Shown here one piece after another: positions 53,000 through 62,704 of a stretch of DNA of 64,000 nucleotides. A program made the translations under genes and the position numbers. Below the pieces are notes generated by a model. The model saw nothing but the letters and a program-made list of their open reading frames with translations. It was not told where the DNA came from and did not search any database. Within the stretch, counting starts at the first letter, position 1. The number at the start of each line of letters is the position of its first letter. The stretch comes from an uncultured Nitrospiraceae bacterium. GTDB lineage: Bacteria > Nitrospirota > Nitrospiria > Nitrospirales > Nitrospiraceae. The stretch lies in assembly GCA_963846575.1 (NCBI GenBank), contig CAWJWJ010000002.1:1824001-1888000 (forward strand). Direction: 5' to 3'.

Positions 53000-53152
53000 C
53001 GTCATCACTCCCACGCCGCTGGTCACGGCCCGCAGGAGCGCCAAAAATGGCTCATGGCCCTCTCCTGCCGGGGTGACCTTTCGCTCCTTGCGTCCTTTTC
53101 GGCAGAAGAGTACCCTTCCCCCCACAGTCCCACCCACAAAGGAGGCCCCACC

Positions 53153-54340
53153 ATGAGCCGCTTCCGACCCCTCTTCTTCACCTGTACGTTGTTGCTCTTT
53201 TCTGCGTCGCTGGCATCGGCGGAACTCCTGGCGCTCTTGAACTACGAGAGTAAGCCGGATCAGCCGCTACGGCGCGAAGGAATTGCGATCATGGACATCG
53301 ATCCCGATTCCTCCGACTTCGGAAAAATCCTCATGGAGATTCCGCTGCCGTCCGATCTGGTCGCGCACCACATTTTTTTCAACCGCGATCGGACCAAGGC
53401 CTACGTCACGGCACTGGGAAAAAGCCTGTTGCACGTCGTGGATCTGACGCGCTTCCCCTATCGGCTGCGCGCCATCTCCGTGCCGGACTGCCAGGCCCTG
53501 GAAGACCTGGTCGTGTCGGAAGACAATCGGATCTGGTACCTGACCTGCATGGGCACGAGCGCCGTGATCATGGGAGACGCCGTGAAGGATGAACCGATCA
53601 AAACGATCAGCGCGGCTGAACCGGCCGATGCGTTCATCCTATCTCCGCACGGCATCGCGATTCACAACGGCATCAACCGGGTGCTCGTGACCAGCACGAT
53701 CAAGCCGGATGACATGGCGGCGGCCGGCGAGACGGTCACGGTGCTGGAGGCGAGCACCGGCAAGGTCCTCTCGACGCACAAGGTCTCCTCCAAACCCTCG
53801 CCCTCCAAAGCAGCCCCGGTGGAAATCATGTTTGCGCCGAACGCGGTGCCGCCGGTCGTGCACATTACCAATATGTTGGAGGGGACGCTCTGGGTCGGGA
53901 CCTGGGAGCCGAAGGGCCAGTCGTTTTCATTCCGGCAGGTGGACGACTTCGGCCCACGGCAACAGGGCGTGCCGTTGGAAATGCTCTACAACGCGAAGGG
54001 CGACCGCCTGTACGTCACGACAGCCAAACCGGGCTTCGTCAATCTGTATGACAACAGCGACCCGCGCCAGCCGAAATTTCTTCAAGCCATTCCCGCCGCT
54101 CCTGGCGCCCATCATTCGGTGCTTTCGCCCGACGAGCGCTATCTGTTCGTGCAGAACAGCCTGCTCAATCTGGAAGGCATGAGCGACGGGTCCATTACGG
54201 TGATCGACTTAAAGCAGGGCGGCAAGGTGCTGGGGAGTATCGACACGCTGAAGGAGCAGGGACTCAACCCCAACTGCATCATGCTCCTGCCGAATCATTT
54301 TCAGAAGGGCGGTTTGCGCGCGGGCCTGGCGCCCCGGTGA
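53153..54340 (+). CDS. Secreted beta-propeller protein (YncE-like), His-rich motifs
   Basis: AAAGGAGG RBS, signal peptide, blades with AHHIFF, PHGIAI, GAHHSVLSPD. Confidence 0.8.
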   Translation: MSRFRPLFFTCTLLLFSASLASAELLALLNYESKPDQPLRREGIAIMDIDPDSSDFGKILMEIPLPSDLVAHHIFFNRDRTKAYVTALGKSLLHVVDLTRFPYRLRAISVPDCQALEDLVVSEDNRIWYLTCMGTSAVIMGDAVKDEPIKTISAAEPADAFILSPHGIAIHNGINRVLVTSTIKPDDMAAAGETVTVLEASTGKVLSTHKVSSKPSPSKAAPVEIMFAPNAVPPVVHITNMLEGTLWVGTWEPKGQSFSFRQVDDFGPRQQGVPLEMLYNAKGDRLYVTTAKPGFVNLYDNSDPRQPKFLQAIPAAPGAHHSVLSPDERYLFVQNSLLNLEGMSDGSITVIDLKQGGKVLGSIDTLKEQGLNPNCIMLLPNHFQKGGLRAGLAPR

Positions 54341-54389
54341 ACCGGGGCCAGAGGCGACGGACGGCCTGACCCGGGAATCTGCCCGCGCG

Positions 54390-55736
54390 TCAGGAGGTCT
54401 GTGACTCAGTGTGATGCGAGGGTTTCGGGCGGTATCGATCCGGGCTCGGATCGGCCGCGGGGGCGGTACGGCTGACATCCAACAGGATGGCGACCAGCAT
54501 GTCGCTCATGACGTTGACGCCCGAACGCGCCCGGGCGATGAGCCAGTCCACCGTCATGATGAGCGGGATGGCGGCGGCGATCACATGGTCCGGCAGGCCC
54601 GCGGCTGAGAGAACGAGCGGCAACACGATCAGCCCGGCTTCGGGAATGCCGGCCACGCCGGCCCCCGCGATGATCGAGGCGGCGACGATCAGGAACTGAC
54701 TCGCCATCGGCAGATCGTACCCCAAGGCCTGGGCGAGGAAGAGCGCGGCCATCGCTTCATAGAGCGTGACCCCGTCGTTGTTGAGGTTCGTACCGACACA
54801 GGCGGCCAGGCGCGCCGACTGCACCGACACCTTCATCCGCTCGAGACACCGCAGGGTGACCGGCACGGTCGCGAGGCTGCTGTTGCAGGACATGGCGGTC
54901 ATGACCGCATCGGCCCCCTGCCCCAGGTACACCTTCGGCGACTTCTTGCCCACCAGCCAGGCGACCAGCGGATAATAGATAAACCCGTGGATCAGCAGCC
55001 CCGCGAGCATGGCGACGAGGAAAATCCAGAGCACGGAGAACACGCCGACTCCCGATCGCCCGACGACCTGCGCCACGACGCCGAAGACGGCGAAGGGCAC
55101 CGCCAGGATGATCCATCCGAGAATCCGCACGAGCCAGTGATAGATCCGCTCGATGCCTCGCGTGACGGAGTGAACGATGCCGCCCTCCTGCACCCCCTCG
55201 CCCTGCAGGCGACGGAGCAGCGCCCCGAGGCACAGCGCGAGCAGCACGACTCCGATGATGTTGTTGCTGGTGAACGGCGTCAGGATGGTGCGGGGAATAT
55301 AGGCTGCGAGGTCTTCGATCGGATTCTGCGAGGTCGCCACCTTCGCCCCCGACGACGGGGAGCCCGGCAGGATCTGAAGCAACTCGTCGACGCGACCCTT
55401 CCAGGCCAGACCCGGCTCCCAGGTGTTCATGATAAACAGCCCGATGGTCATGGCGACGGAGACGTTGACGAGGCAGATGGCGAGCAGCTTGGTCCCCTGG
55501 CGCAGCGGAAGACTGGTGCGGATGAGCGCATCGAGGATCGCGAAGAAGATGAGCGGAATGGCGAGCGTCTTGAGCAACTGCACGAGCAGCATGCCGAGGC
55601 GGCCCAGGTCCCGGTTGTGCAGGCCGCCCAGGTAGGGGTCCTGACCGAACACCACGCCCAGCGTCGCGCCGCAGAACACGGCGATCAGCACTTGCGTATA
55701 GAGCGGCGGAGGGGTCCAGGTCTGTGTGTTCTTCAT
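54390..55736 (-). CDS. Dicarboxylate/amino acid:cation symporter (DAACS)
   Basis: SSLATVPVT, GTNLNNDG, GVAGIP, VDW..R.RSGVNVMSD. Confidence 0.92.
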   Translation of the reverse strand: MKNTQTWTPPPLYTQVLIAVFCGATLGVVFGQDPYLGGLHNRDLGRLGMLLVQLLKTLAIPLIFFAILDALIRTSLPLRQGTKLLAICLVNVSVAMTIGLFIMNTWEPGLAWKGRVDELLQILPGSPSSGAKVATSQNPIEDLAAYIPRTILTPFTSNNIIGVVLLALCLGALLRRLQGEGVQEGGIVHSVTRGIERIYHWLVRILGWIILAVPFAVFGVVAQVVGRSGVGVFSVLWIFLVAMLAGLLIHGFIYYPLVAWLVGKKSPKVYLGQGADAVMTAMSCNSSLATVPVTLRCLERMKVSVQSARLAACVGTNLNNDGVTLYEAMAALFLAQALGYDLPMASQFLIVAASIIAGAGVAGIPEAGLIVLPLVLSAAGLPDHVIAAAIPLIMTVDWLIARARSGVNVMSDMLVAILLDVSRTAPAADPSPDRYRPKPSHHTESQTS

Positions 55737-55916
55737 AGTGGATGCTCGCGGGCGGCGGAAGGATACCCGTTTCCCGTCGAGAATGCACGCCTCCGGTGGA
55801 CGACGGACCGACGATCCTCCTCTCATCTTCTATCCTGAGCATGGCCGATATGACAACTGGTTTGAAGAAGGCTGCTGATGGCGGATGCCCGAAGCCATGC
55901 GGGGTGAAGGACCCGT

Positions 55917-58900
55917 TCAGAGCAGGCGCGCAACCGGGGCGGATGCGTCCACGACCTTGCACAACAGATTCAGCAACATCATCTCGTCCATGGAGCCGGG
56001 GATCGATCCGGCGATCCGGGGATCGGCCACCACCACCGCCAGGCATTGGGCGCGCGAGACGGCCACGTTCACCCGGTTGCGGTCAAGGATGAAGGCCAGT
56101 CCGCGCGAACCATATTCCCCGTAACTCGAACAGAGGGACAGGATGCAGACCGGCGCCTCCTGCCCCTGAAACCGGTCCACGCTCCCGACCCGTGCGCCCT
56201 CGGGAAGGGCCGCCTGCAGGGCACGGACCTGGGCGTTGTAGGGCGCGATGAAGAGTACGTCCTCCAGGGCGAGCGGCCTGGTGCGGCCGTCCTTGGCCGT
56301 ATAGCGACGCCCGCGCAGCTCCTCGTAGATGGCCGCGATCCTCGCCACCTCCTCGTCGCTCTGCTGGATGTTGCCGTCGTGCTCGACCGGGACGAAGACG
56401 ATGCCGCTCTCGCGGGACACGACCAGCGACGGCTTGCCCGATGGCAGGGCGATCTTCTGCCTGCCGCAGTCGGGATGGGAGCCGAGACGTCCGCCGTACA
56501 TGCTCTCGGAGATGAAGCGGCAGACGGTCGGGTGCATGCGGCGGGACTCACCGAGGAATAATCCGACCGTTCGGGGCACCACGGCATGAAATACCGGCAC
56601 ATCGGGCCTGCTGGCCTCCACGTCCTTCAAGGCATACTGCAGGGCGGACAATCCCGCATCGCCGGGATGGGACCCCTGCACCGGCTGTTCAAGCTGCATC
56701 TGGTCGCCGAGCAGGACGAGGTTGTCGGCGCAACGGGCCATGGCGATGGTATTCGCGAGCGTCACCTGCCCCGCTTCGTCGATGAAGAGAAAATCGAGCG
56801 CGCCTTCCCACTCGGGCCTGGTGAAGAGCCAGGCCGTGCCACCGACGACGCCGCCGCGATAGGCGGCCAGGGCGCCGCTGCTGTCCGGAATATGTTTCAA
56901 CCCGGGGTGGTCGGCAAACAATGGTCCGTCAGCCTCACCCCCGACCTTGATCCCCAGGATCTGCCCGCCGCTCGCTTGAGCCGCCTCGCCGCAGGCTTTC
57001 AGGAGATTGAGCACCGCCTTATGGCTGTTCGACGCGACTCCGACTTTCTTACCGGCCGCGAGCAGCGCCTGGATGACCCGCGAGGCGCAGTAGGTCTTGC
57101 CCGTGCCCGGCGGCCCTTGGATGACCAGACAGTCCCCGGACATCGAACGTGCCACGCGGACTGCCGCTTCCGTCGGGTTGTCATCGGATGTGGTCAGCAG
57201 GGTTGCCGGCGGGACTCGTTTCCCCAGCGCGGCTACCGGCGCATGGAGCCTGTTCGACAGGTGCCGCGCGGCCACGTCGGCCAGCGCCTCCTGGATGACC
57301 GTGTGCGAGATATGTTCGTCCGGTATCAATGACCCCTGCCCGGGGAACGCACCGTCGAACTTCTCGTTGAGCCCCTTCTTGCCGATTTTGAGTTCCAGCC
57401 TGCCGGCGGACAGATCCAGCGACGACAGCGTGAGCTTGGCCACCAGGTTATGTGTGAACATGACCCTGTCGCCTGCGGCGAGTTTGCATTCCTGGGAGGG
57501 GTCGAAACGATAGGTTTGCGCCAGCGATTGTTTCTCAGGTACCGGAGATCCCACGGCTTCGAGGCCTTCGATGCAGGCCGGATCGTCGCGCAGTTCGTCG
57601 GGCGTCGCCCCGGCCCGGTCGAACAGCCGCCACCACATGGGTTTTTCTTCCCGCCGGTGAAAGTCGATCACGTCGGCCAGGACCATCGACAGCGCGTCGT
57701 GTCCCTGGCGCAGCTTCCCCGCCGTCTCCAGCCGCGCGATCACGTCCGGCGGCAGCTCGCGTGGCTGCGGCGGCTCAGATGGAGCAACCGGAATCGGCGC
57801 CTCGATCTTCCCTTCGCGCGCGACGTTCCTGAGCCACTGCAGCAGCTCGGCGGTGGACCGGCAATCTGCTTCGTTGTAGTCGCGGATGGCCTTGAGGATG
57901 GCACTCTTGTCGCAATCACCCGGCTCCCCGCTTTCGATCCACCGGGAATACTGCACGATGGAGTCCGCGGCGGTCGCCACGGTCGTGACGCGTTTGGGTC
58001 GATAAAGCCGCTCGACCGACTTGATGCTGTAGCTGTCTTCGCCGATACGCAGGCCCTGGCGAATGATCTGATAGAGATCCACGAAGACCTCGCGCCGGAG
58101 CAACTCGTCCACTTCGTCCTGGCGGCTGTCGTGCTGCGTGCTCAACCGTCGCACCGCGCTGACCTCGTAGGCGGCGTAGTGGTAGATGTGCAGGCCCGGA
58201 TGCTTCTTCCAACGCGCGAAGACCCAATCCACGAAGCTTTCGAAGGCCAGCTTTTCCTGCGCGCGGTCATGGGCCCACCAGTCCCTGAACTGCCACTCGC
58301 CCGGCCGGTCGGTTCGCTGGCAGACCCCGAACAGATATTCCAATCCGCCGGGCGCCAGCGGGTAACCCTCCATGTCGAAGAACACGTCGGCGGGATCATC
58401 GGGCGGAAGCGTGGCCAGGCCTACCGGTTCGCCGTTCGCCCCGGTCCGGGGCAGCAGCTCATACCGCGGCGGGGCATCGGGTTTCTCCGACCGGTCGGCC
58501 CTGGTCTGGCATTGCAGGCGAGCCTGCGCGGCAAGTTTCTCCAGTGACGTGCGGTCGAGTTTTGAAACGGTGCGTCCCGACGCGGCAGCGAGGTCCGTCA
58601 CCCTGCTGATGCCGGCCCGCTTCAATTTCTTGATCTGGCCGACCGTGATGCCGGCGACCTGCACGAGGTGGTCCGTTTCCTGGAAGAAACGCTCCGCGTG
58701 GGACGTCCAGCGACCGTGATCCGCTCGCGGCAGCGGCTCGGGTCGGTCCGAGAGGTTCCCGGTGAAGCCCTGTTGCATGTCCAGGAACCGGTCCTTGATG
58801 TGGCGGTAGTAGTATAGGAAGTCTTCGACCCGGAACTCCACCCGGTCCGTGCTGCCGAGAATGAGGCCGAACTTCTCCGGCATCGACCCGCCGCTCACGG

Positions 58901-59354
58901 CGGCGAGCATGTCCGAATAACAGCAGAGCTGAATGGCATAGTACGGCCGGGGCGAACGCGCGAGCTTCGTATCCCACACCTGATAGCGCCCAGCTAAATC
59001 GAAGATGAGGAAGTCGGCGAACCCGGAGAACGGCCCGCTCTCAAGGGCTGCCTGATAGATGACGGGCACCCCGGCGCGGATCGCGGCGAGCGTCTCGGTG
59101 CTGGCGACGCCGGCATCGCGGCTCGGAATCTCGACGACCTTGGCGCCGGACGAGTGGAATTCCTTCAGCACCGCCTGTTCATGCCGTTCACCGGTTTGCG
59201 CGATGAGGGCGGCGTCCTCCGTGAACTCGTCGGGTGTGGCCAGGCCAGGGCGCTCCAGATGGTAGCGATCCATCCATGAGGCGAAGGGCGAGGCGAGATA
59301 CCGCACGAGATCGCTCGGCGAGTAGATCAGCCGGCCGGAAGCATGTTTCTTCAC
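55917..59354 (-). CDS. TM0106-family RecB-like nuclease / RNase H-like / SF1 (Upf1-like) helicase fusion
   Basis: SPSDL, ADFL..DTKL..QL..Y, FFDMEG, SYSIKSVE, YNEADC, QGPPGTGKT, DEAGQ, GDQMQL, QGQEA, NRVNVAVSRA. Confidence 0.9.
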   Translation of the reverse strand: MKKHASGRLIYSPSDLVRYLASPFASWMDRYHLERPGLATPDEFTEDAALIAQTGERHEQAVLKEFHSSGAKVVEIPSRDAGVASTETLAAIRAGVPVIYQAALESGPFSGFADFLIFDLAGRYQVWDTKLARSPRPYYAIQLCCYSDMLAAVSGGSMPEKFGLILGSTDRVEFRVEDFLYYYRHIKDRFLDMQQGFTGNLSDRPEPLPRADHGRWTSHAERFFQETDHLVQVAGITVGQIKKLKRAGISRVTDLAAASGRTVSKLDRTSLEKLAAQARLQCQTRADRSEKPDAPPRYELLPRTGANGEPVGLATLPPDDPADVFFDMEGYPLAPGGLEYLFGVCQRTDRPGEWQFRDWWAHDRAQEKLAFESFVDWVFARWKKHPGLHIYHYAAYEVSAVRRLSTQHDSRQDEVDELLRREVFVDLYQIIRQGLRIGEDSYSIKSVERLYRPKRVTTVATAADSIVQYSRWIESGEPGDCDKSAILKAIRDYNEADCRSTAELLQWLRNVAREGKIEAPIPVAPSEPPQPRELPPDVIARLETAGKLRQGHDALSMVLADVIDFHRREEKPMWWRLFDRAGATPDELRDDPACIEGLEAVGSPVPEKQSLAQTYRFDPSQECKLAAGDRVMFTHNLVAKLTLSSLDLSAGRLELKIGKKGLNEKFDGAFPGQGSLIPDEHISHTVIQEALADVAARHLSNRLHAPVAALGKRVPPATLLTTSDDNPTEAAVRVARSMSGDCLVIQGPPGTGKTYCASRVIQALLAAGKKVGVASNSHKAVLNLLKACGEAAQASGGQILGIKVGGEADGPLFADHPGLKHIPDSSGALAAYRGGVVGGTAWLFTRPEWEGALDFLFIDEAGQVTLANTIAMARCADNLVLLGDQMQLEQPVQGSHPGDAGLSALQYALKDVEASRPDVPVFHAVVPRTVGLFLGESRRMHPTVCRFISESMYGGRLGSHPDCGRQKIALPSGKPSLVVSRESGIVFVPVEHDGNIQQSDEEVARIAAIYEELRGRRYTAKDGRTRPLALEDVLFIAPYNAQVRALQAALPEGARVGSVDRFQGQEAPVCILSLCSSYGEYGSRGLAFILDRNRVNVAVSRAQCLAVVVADPRIAGSIPGSMDEMMLLNLLCKVVDASAPVARLL

Positions 59355-59364
59355 CCCTGCTCCC

Positions 59365-59805
59365 TCACCGGCTCCCCTCGATCCTCCATCCCTGCCCATA
59401 GGGATTCGTCGGCGAATCGGAACGAAACGGACTGCCTGCTCCGTAGGGATTGTTCAGCGAGTCGGGGGAGAAGGGCGACCCGTACCGGCCGAACCGGTTG
59501 CCGGTCGAATCGGGATCGAAGGGATTGGTGCTGAGTGTGCCGCGATAGTTTCCCTGCTGATCGTACAGGCGCGGCGCGTCCGTGGCGAACGGATTCGTGG
59601 CCGATTGATTGCTGAAGGGGCTGCCGTAGGGGCTGAAAGAATTGTTCACTCCGTTCGGCGCGAAGGGGCTTCCCTGTCCGAAGGGATTCGCGGTGGAGTC
59701 GAACAGGAAGGGGTTAGCGCTCAGGTTGCCGAGGTCCTCGGCCTGAACCGTCTGCATGAACGGCGTACTCAGCAGGAGACACAACAGCATTCGAGGGATC
59801 TGCAT
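59365..59805 (-). CDS. Secreted Asn/Pro/Phe/Ser/Gly-rich repeat protein
   Basis: AAAAGGAGG RBS, signal peptide, recurring NPF/SPF/NPYG units in two internal repeats. Confidence 0.8.
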   Translation of the reverse strand: MQIPRMLLCLLLSTPFMQTVQAEDLGNLSANPFLFDSTANPFGQGSPFAPNGVNNSFSPYGSPFSNQSATNPFATDAPRLYDQQGNYRGTLSTNPFDPDSTGNRFGRYGSPFSPDSLNNPYGAGSPFRSDSPTNPYGQGWRIEGSR

Positions 59806-59867
59806 GGGATCCTCCTTTTCGGCCACCGGCCCCGGCATGGGGCCGGCAGGGTTCCAGGGCCTGCGGG

Positions 59868-59902
59868 ATGCTACCACGCCGCCGTGACATCGGAGGTCAC
59901 GG
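59868..59902 (-). promoter_or_regulatory. Putative WYL-regulator operator/promoter, site 1
   Basis: Minus strand CCGTGACCtccgATGTCACGgcggcgTGG-TAGCAT; perfect CCGTGAC-N7-GTCACGG palindrome. Confidence 0.72.
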
Positions 59903-59969
59903 TCACGCAGTATTTCTGTCCATTCCGGCCATGCGGGCTCGGGTCCCCCAACAACCAGTCCAGGAATTA

Positions 59970-60953
59970 TCATTCCTCAAGTATCAGTTGAGCTTCATGA
60001 CGCACGGCCAGGGCCAGGCTTTCCGGCCTGAGCACCTTGACCCCGCCCCCGAAGCTCAACACCCAGCCAACCACTTCCCTGCTGTCGGCCACCGAGAGGG
60101 TCATGCGCAGGCCACCGTTCTTCGTTCGTTTGCTCTGCTGCGTATCATGCCAGATTCGGTCCTTCGCCCAGGCGGCCGTCGCCTTCTCGAATTCCAGTTC
60201 CACGTCGATCCGCGGGCCGCGCATCACCGTCAGCGCATCCTGCACAAACGCGTCGAGATCGAAATGCAGAGGGACCTGGTAGGGATGGTCGGTCGGCGTG
60301 ACGGACTTAATGCGCTCCACGGCGAACAGGCGCGGTTCGCTACGCACATGGCAGTAGCCGATCAGATAGAGGCCGCCGGTCGCATACCACAGGCGGTAGG
60401 GATCCACCTCGCGCCTGGTGATCCGCCCGCGCGAGGCGGAGTCGTACCGCACCTGAATAGTGGTCTTGTCGGCGATGGCTCTCGTGAGCCGGTCGATCGT
60501 GTCGCGATGCTGCCGGTAGCGTTTGTGCGGGCCGAGCCCGACGCTGAACGTCCCGTCGAGTTGTTGAACCAGGGCGACGCCCTGCGGGGGCAGCGCGGCA
60601 GCGGCTTTCCCGAGTGCGGATTGCAGCGAGGTATGGAGTTCGGTGCCTTCGAGCGGCGTGATGAGCCGGCGGCTGAACGTGAGCGCCATCAGTTCCGAGG
60701 GAGAGAATCGCAACCCCGGCACGTTCCGGAATCCTTCCATGAGACGCCAGATGGTCTGCCCGTTGATCCGTTCGGTGACCAGCGGATAACCCGCTTCTTC
60801 CAATGCGGCGAGATCACGACGGAGGGTCCGGGGATGCCTCGTGGAGCCGGGCGCGAGCGAGTCCGCCAGCTGCTCCAGCGTCAGGCCTTGCCCCGACGCC
60901 TCCAATTGCTTGAGCACGACCAACAGACGAATAGCCTGATCGTTGCGCGGCAT
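59970..60953 (-). CDS. HTH-WYL-WCX transcriptional regulator
   Basis: wHTH RTLRRDLAALEEAGYPL; WYL RREVDPYRL..GLYLIGYC..R.FAVERI; WCX WVLSFGGGVKVLRPESL. Confidence 0.93.
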   Translation of the reverse strand: MPRNDQAIRLLVVLKQLEASGQGLTLEQLADSLAPGSTRHPRTLRRDLAALEEAGYPLVTERINGQTIWRLMEGFRNVPGLRFSPSELMALTFSRRLITPLEGTELHTSLQSALGKAAAALPPQGVALVQQLDGTFSVGLGPHKRYRQHRDTIDRLTRAIADKTTIQVRYDSASRGRITRREVDPYRLWYATGGLYLIGYCHVRSEPRLFAVERIKSVTPTDHPYQVPLHFDLDAFVQDALTVMRGPRIDVELEFEKATAAWAKDRIWHDTQQSKRTKNGGLRMTLSVADSREVVGWVLSFGGGVKVLRPESLALAVRHEAQLILEE

Positions 60954-61223
60954 ACGTAGTCCCCGGCCTGATCCGCGAATTTCGGCGCTCAGTCTACCAG
61001 GATGTTGACATGGCCGCCAGCAGGAGCCTGGGTAAGCCGAGACTGTACTCAGGCTACCGGGCACATGATCGGTCCACCTGATCCGATCCGTGCGTCTATG
61101 TCATGGACGCCGCGGTTCTATCGAGAGGTGGTTACGGGCAAACCTGATTCGCTTCACAAAATACATCCGCTGATGTATCGTTGGGCGGGAAAACCTGATT
61201 CCTCTCTTTAACCGTACCTGCAA

Positions 61224-61949
61224 ATGGAAATAAGCCTCTATCCGGTTCTCCTGTTCTGGACGATCGGACTCCTGTTCTTCATCGCTGAATGGCTCTATCC
61301 GGCGCGTCCGGTCGCCTACCGTTCCGTCTTCTGGCGTGATCTTCTCGCCTTGGGAGCGTACAATTTATCGTTCATGCTCGTCGTCCAGTGGACGGATCGT
61401 ATCCCCGTTCCCCAATACGTACCGGCATCGGTTCATGCCTGGCCCACGGTTTTTAAGCTCGTCTTATTTTACATAGTGGAAGACTTTCTGCTGTATTGGG
61501 CGCACCGGCTCATGCACAGCAAATACGCCTGGCCTGTTCACCGGTGGCATCATGCGCCGACCTACCTCTATTGGCTTGCGGGGATTCGCGCCACCATTCC
61601 GCATATTGTGCTGTTCAACCTGACCTACGTGCTGGCGCTGCCTCTACTGCACGATGCTTCCACCTGGGCCTTTCAGGTGATCATGATCGAACATATCGCG
61701 CGGAACAACTGGATGCATATGAACGTGACCTGGAAATCGGATTGGCTTGAGTGGCTCGTTGTGACACCGCGCTACCACCACATCCACCACAGCAAGGCGG
61801 CGGCGCATCAGGGCGTCAACCTGGGCGCCTGGCTCACCATTTGGGATCGCCTGTTCGGGACGTATTACAATCCCGCCGATGTGAAGGAAGAGTTGTCGTT
61901 CGGACTGCCGGAACGGGTTTCTCCGGGCAGGTTGATGATCGGCCTCTAG
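61224..61949 (+). CDS. Sterol desaturase / fatty acid hydroxylase family protein
   Basis: His boxes HRLMH, HRWHH, MHMN, HHIHH; WDRLFGT. Confidence 0.9.
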   Translation: MEISLYPVLLFWTIGLLFFIAEWLYPARPVAYRSVFWRDLLALGAYNLSFMLVVQWTDRIPVPQYVPASVHAWPTVFKLVLFYIVEDFLLYWAHRLMHSKYAWPVHRWHHAPTYLYWLAGIRATIPHIVLFNLTYVLALPLLHDASTWAFQVIMIEHIARNNWMHMNVTWKSDWLEWLVVTPRYHHIHHSKAAAHQGVNLGAWLTIWDRLFGTYYNPADVKEELSFGLPERVSPGRLMIGL

Positions 61950-62099
61950 GACTTGGCGTGATCGGACCGGGTTTCCATGAATTCCCACAGGCCCCAGGCT
62001 CTCACTATTCCGCTGCGCAATCAGGCCATACGCAGGCCCTCTTGCTCACCCATCCGCCGGCGACGCCGGGGGTCCTGCCGGCGAGCTCGCCGCTCGCCG

Positions 62100-62378
62100 T
62101 TACGTGGGAATATCGGTGGTGCCGTCGTAGGAGGCACGTGACTGGTGGGCGATCTTCAACACGTCGCCGTCTCTCACGAGGGAATCGAGTGAACCGACCT
62201 TTCGATTCACGGTGACCAGCAGTTCGCCCCGCACCACATAGGGCGCCAAGGCATCGACCAACACGGCATTGCCCTGAATCAGATGTTTGATGGCCGTCGG
62301 TCCGGTTAGGTCCAGATCCAATTCCGGTTCCGACACCCGCTGTTGTAACGTCACACCAAGGATCTGCACTTTAACCAT
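62100..62378 (-). CDS. MoaD/ThiS-like beta-grasp protein
   Basis: VKVQILG..., LVTVNRK..LDSLVRDGDVLKI; no terminal Gly-Gly. Confidence 0.7.
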   Translation of the reverse strand: MVKVQILGVTLQQRVSEPELDLDLTGPTAIKHLIQGNAVLVDALAPYVVRGELLVTVNRKVGSLDSLVRDGDVLKIAHQSRASYDGTTDIPT

Positions 62379-62461
62379 TGTGTCCTCGTTCTCCCATTTC
62401 TATTTGCAGTCGCACATGAACTTTCAACGATCGCACGGCGCAACAGTCGAATGACCCCCCG

Positions 62462-62704
62462 TCACCCTTGCGCGCGTGCATGACAGTGCAGACAGTCCTG
62501 TCGCTTCGGGTGTTGCGTCGGCAGCGGGCGGCTGCCCGCCGGCACGTGGCAGGTGAGGCAGTCTTTTTCCAGCATGACGGCCTGATGCTCGCTGTTGCCC
62601 GGGACCTTCGGATTGCGGTCGCGGGGGGACGGCAGCAGCGCGACGCCCCCGACCACCAGCAGCGCCAGCACCACAAAAATAATATCCACCTTCCGAAAAG
62701 TCAT
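62462..62704 (-). CDS. Small membrane-anchored diheme c-type cytochrome
   Basis: N-terminal TM; CLTCH and CLHCH. Confidence 0.8.
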   Translation of the reverse strand: MTFRKVDIIFVVLALLVVGGVALLPSPRDRNPKVPGNSEHQAVMLEKDCLTCHVPAGSRPLPTQHPKRQDCLHCHARAQG

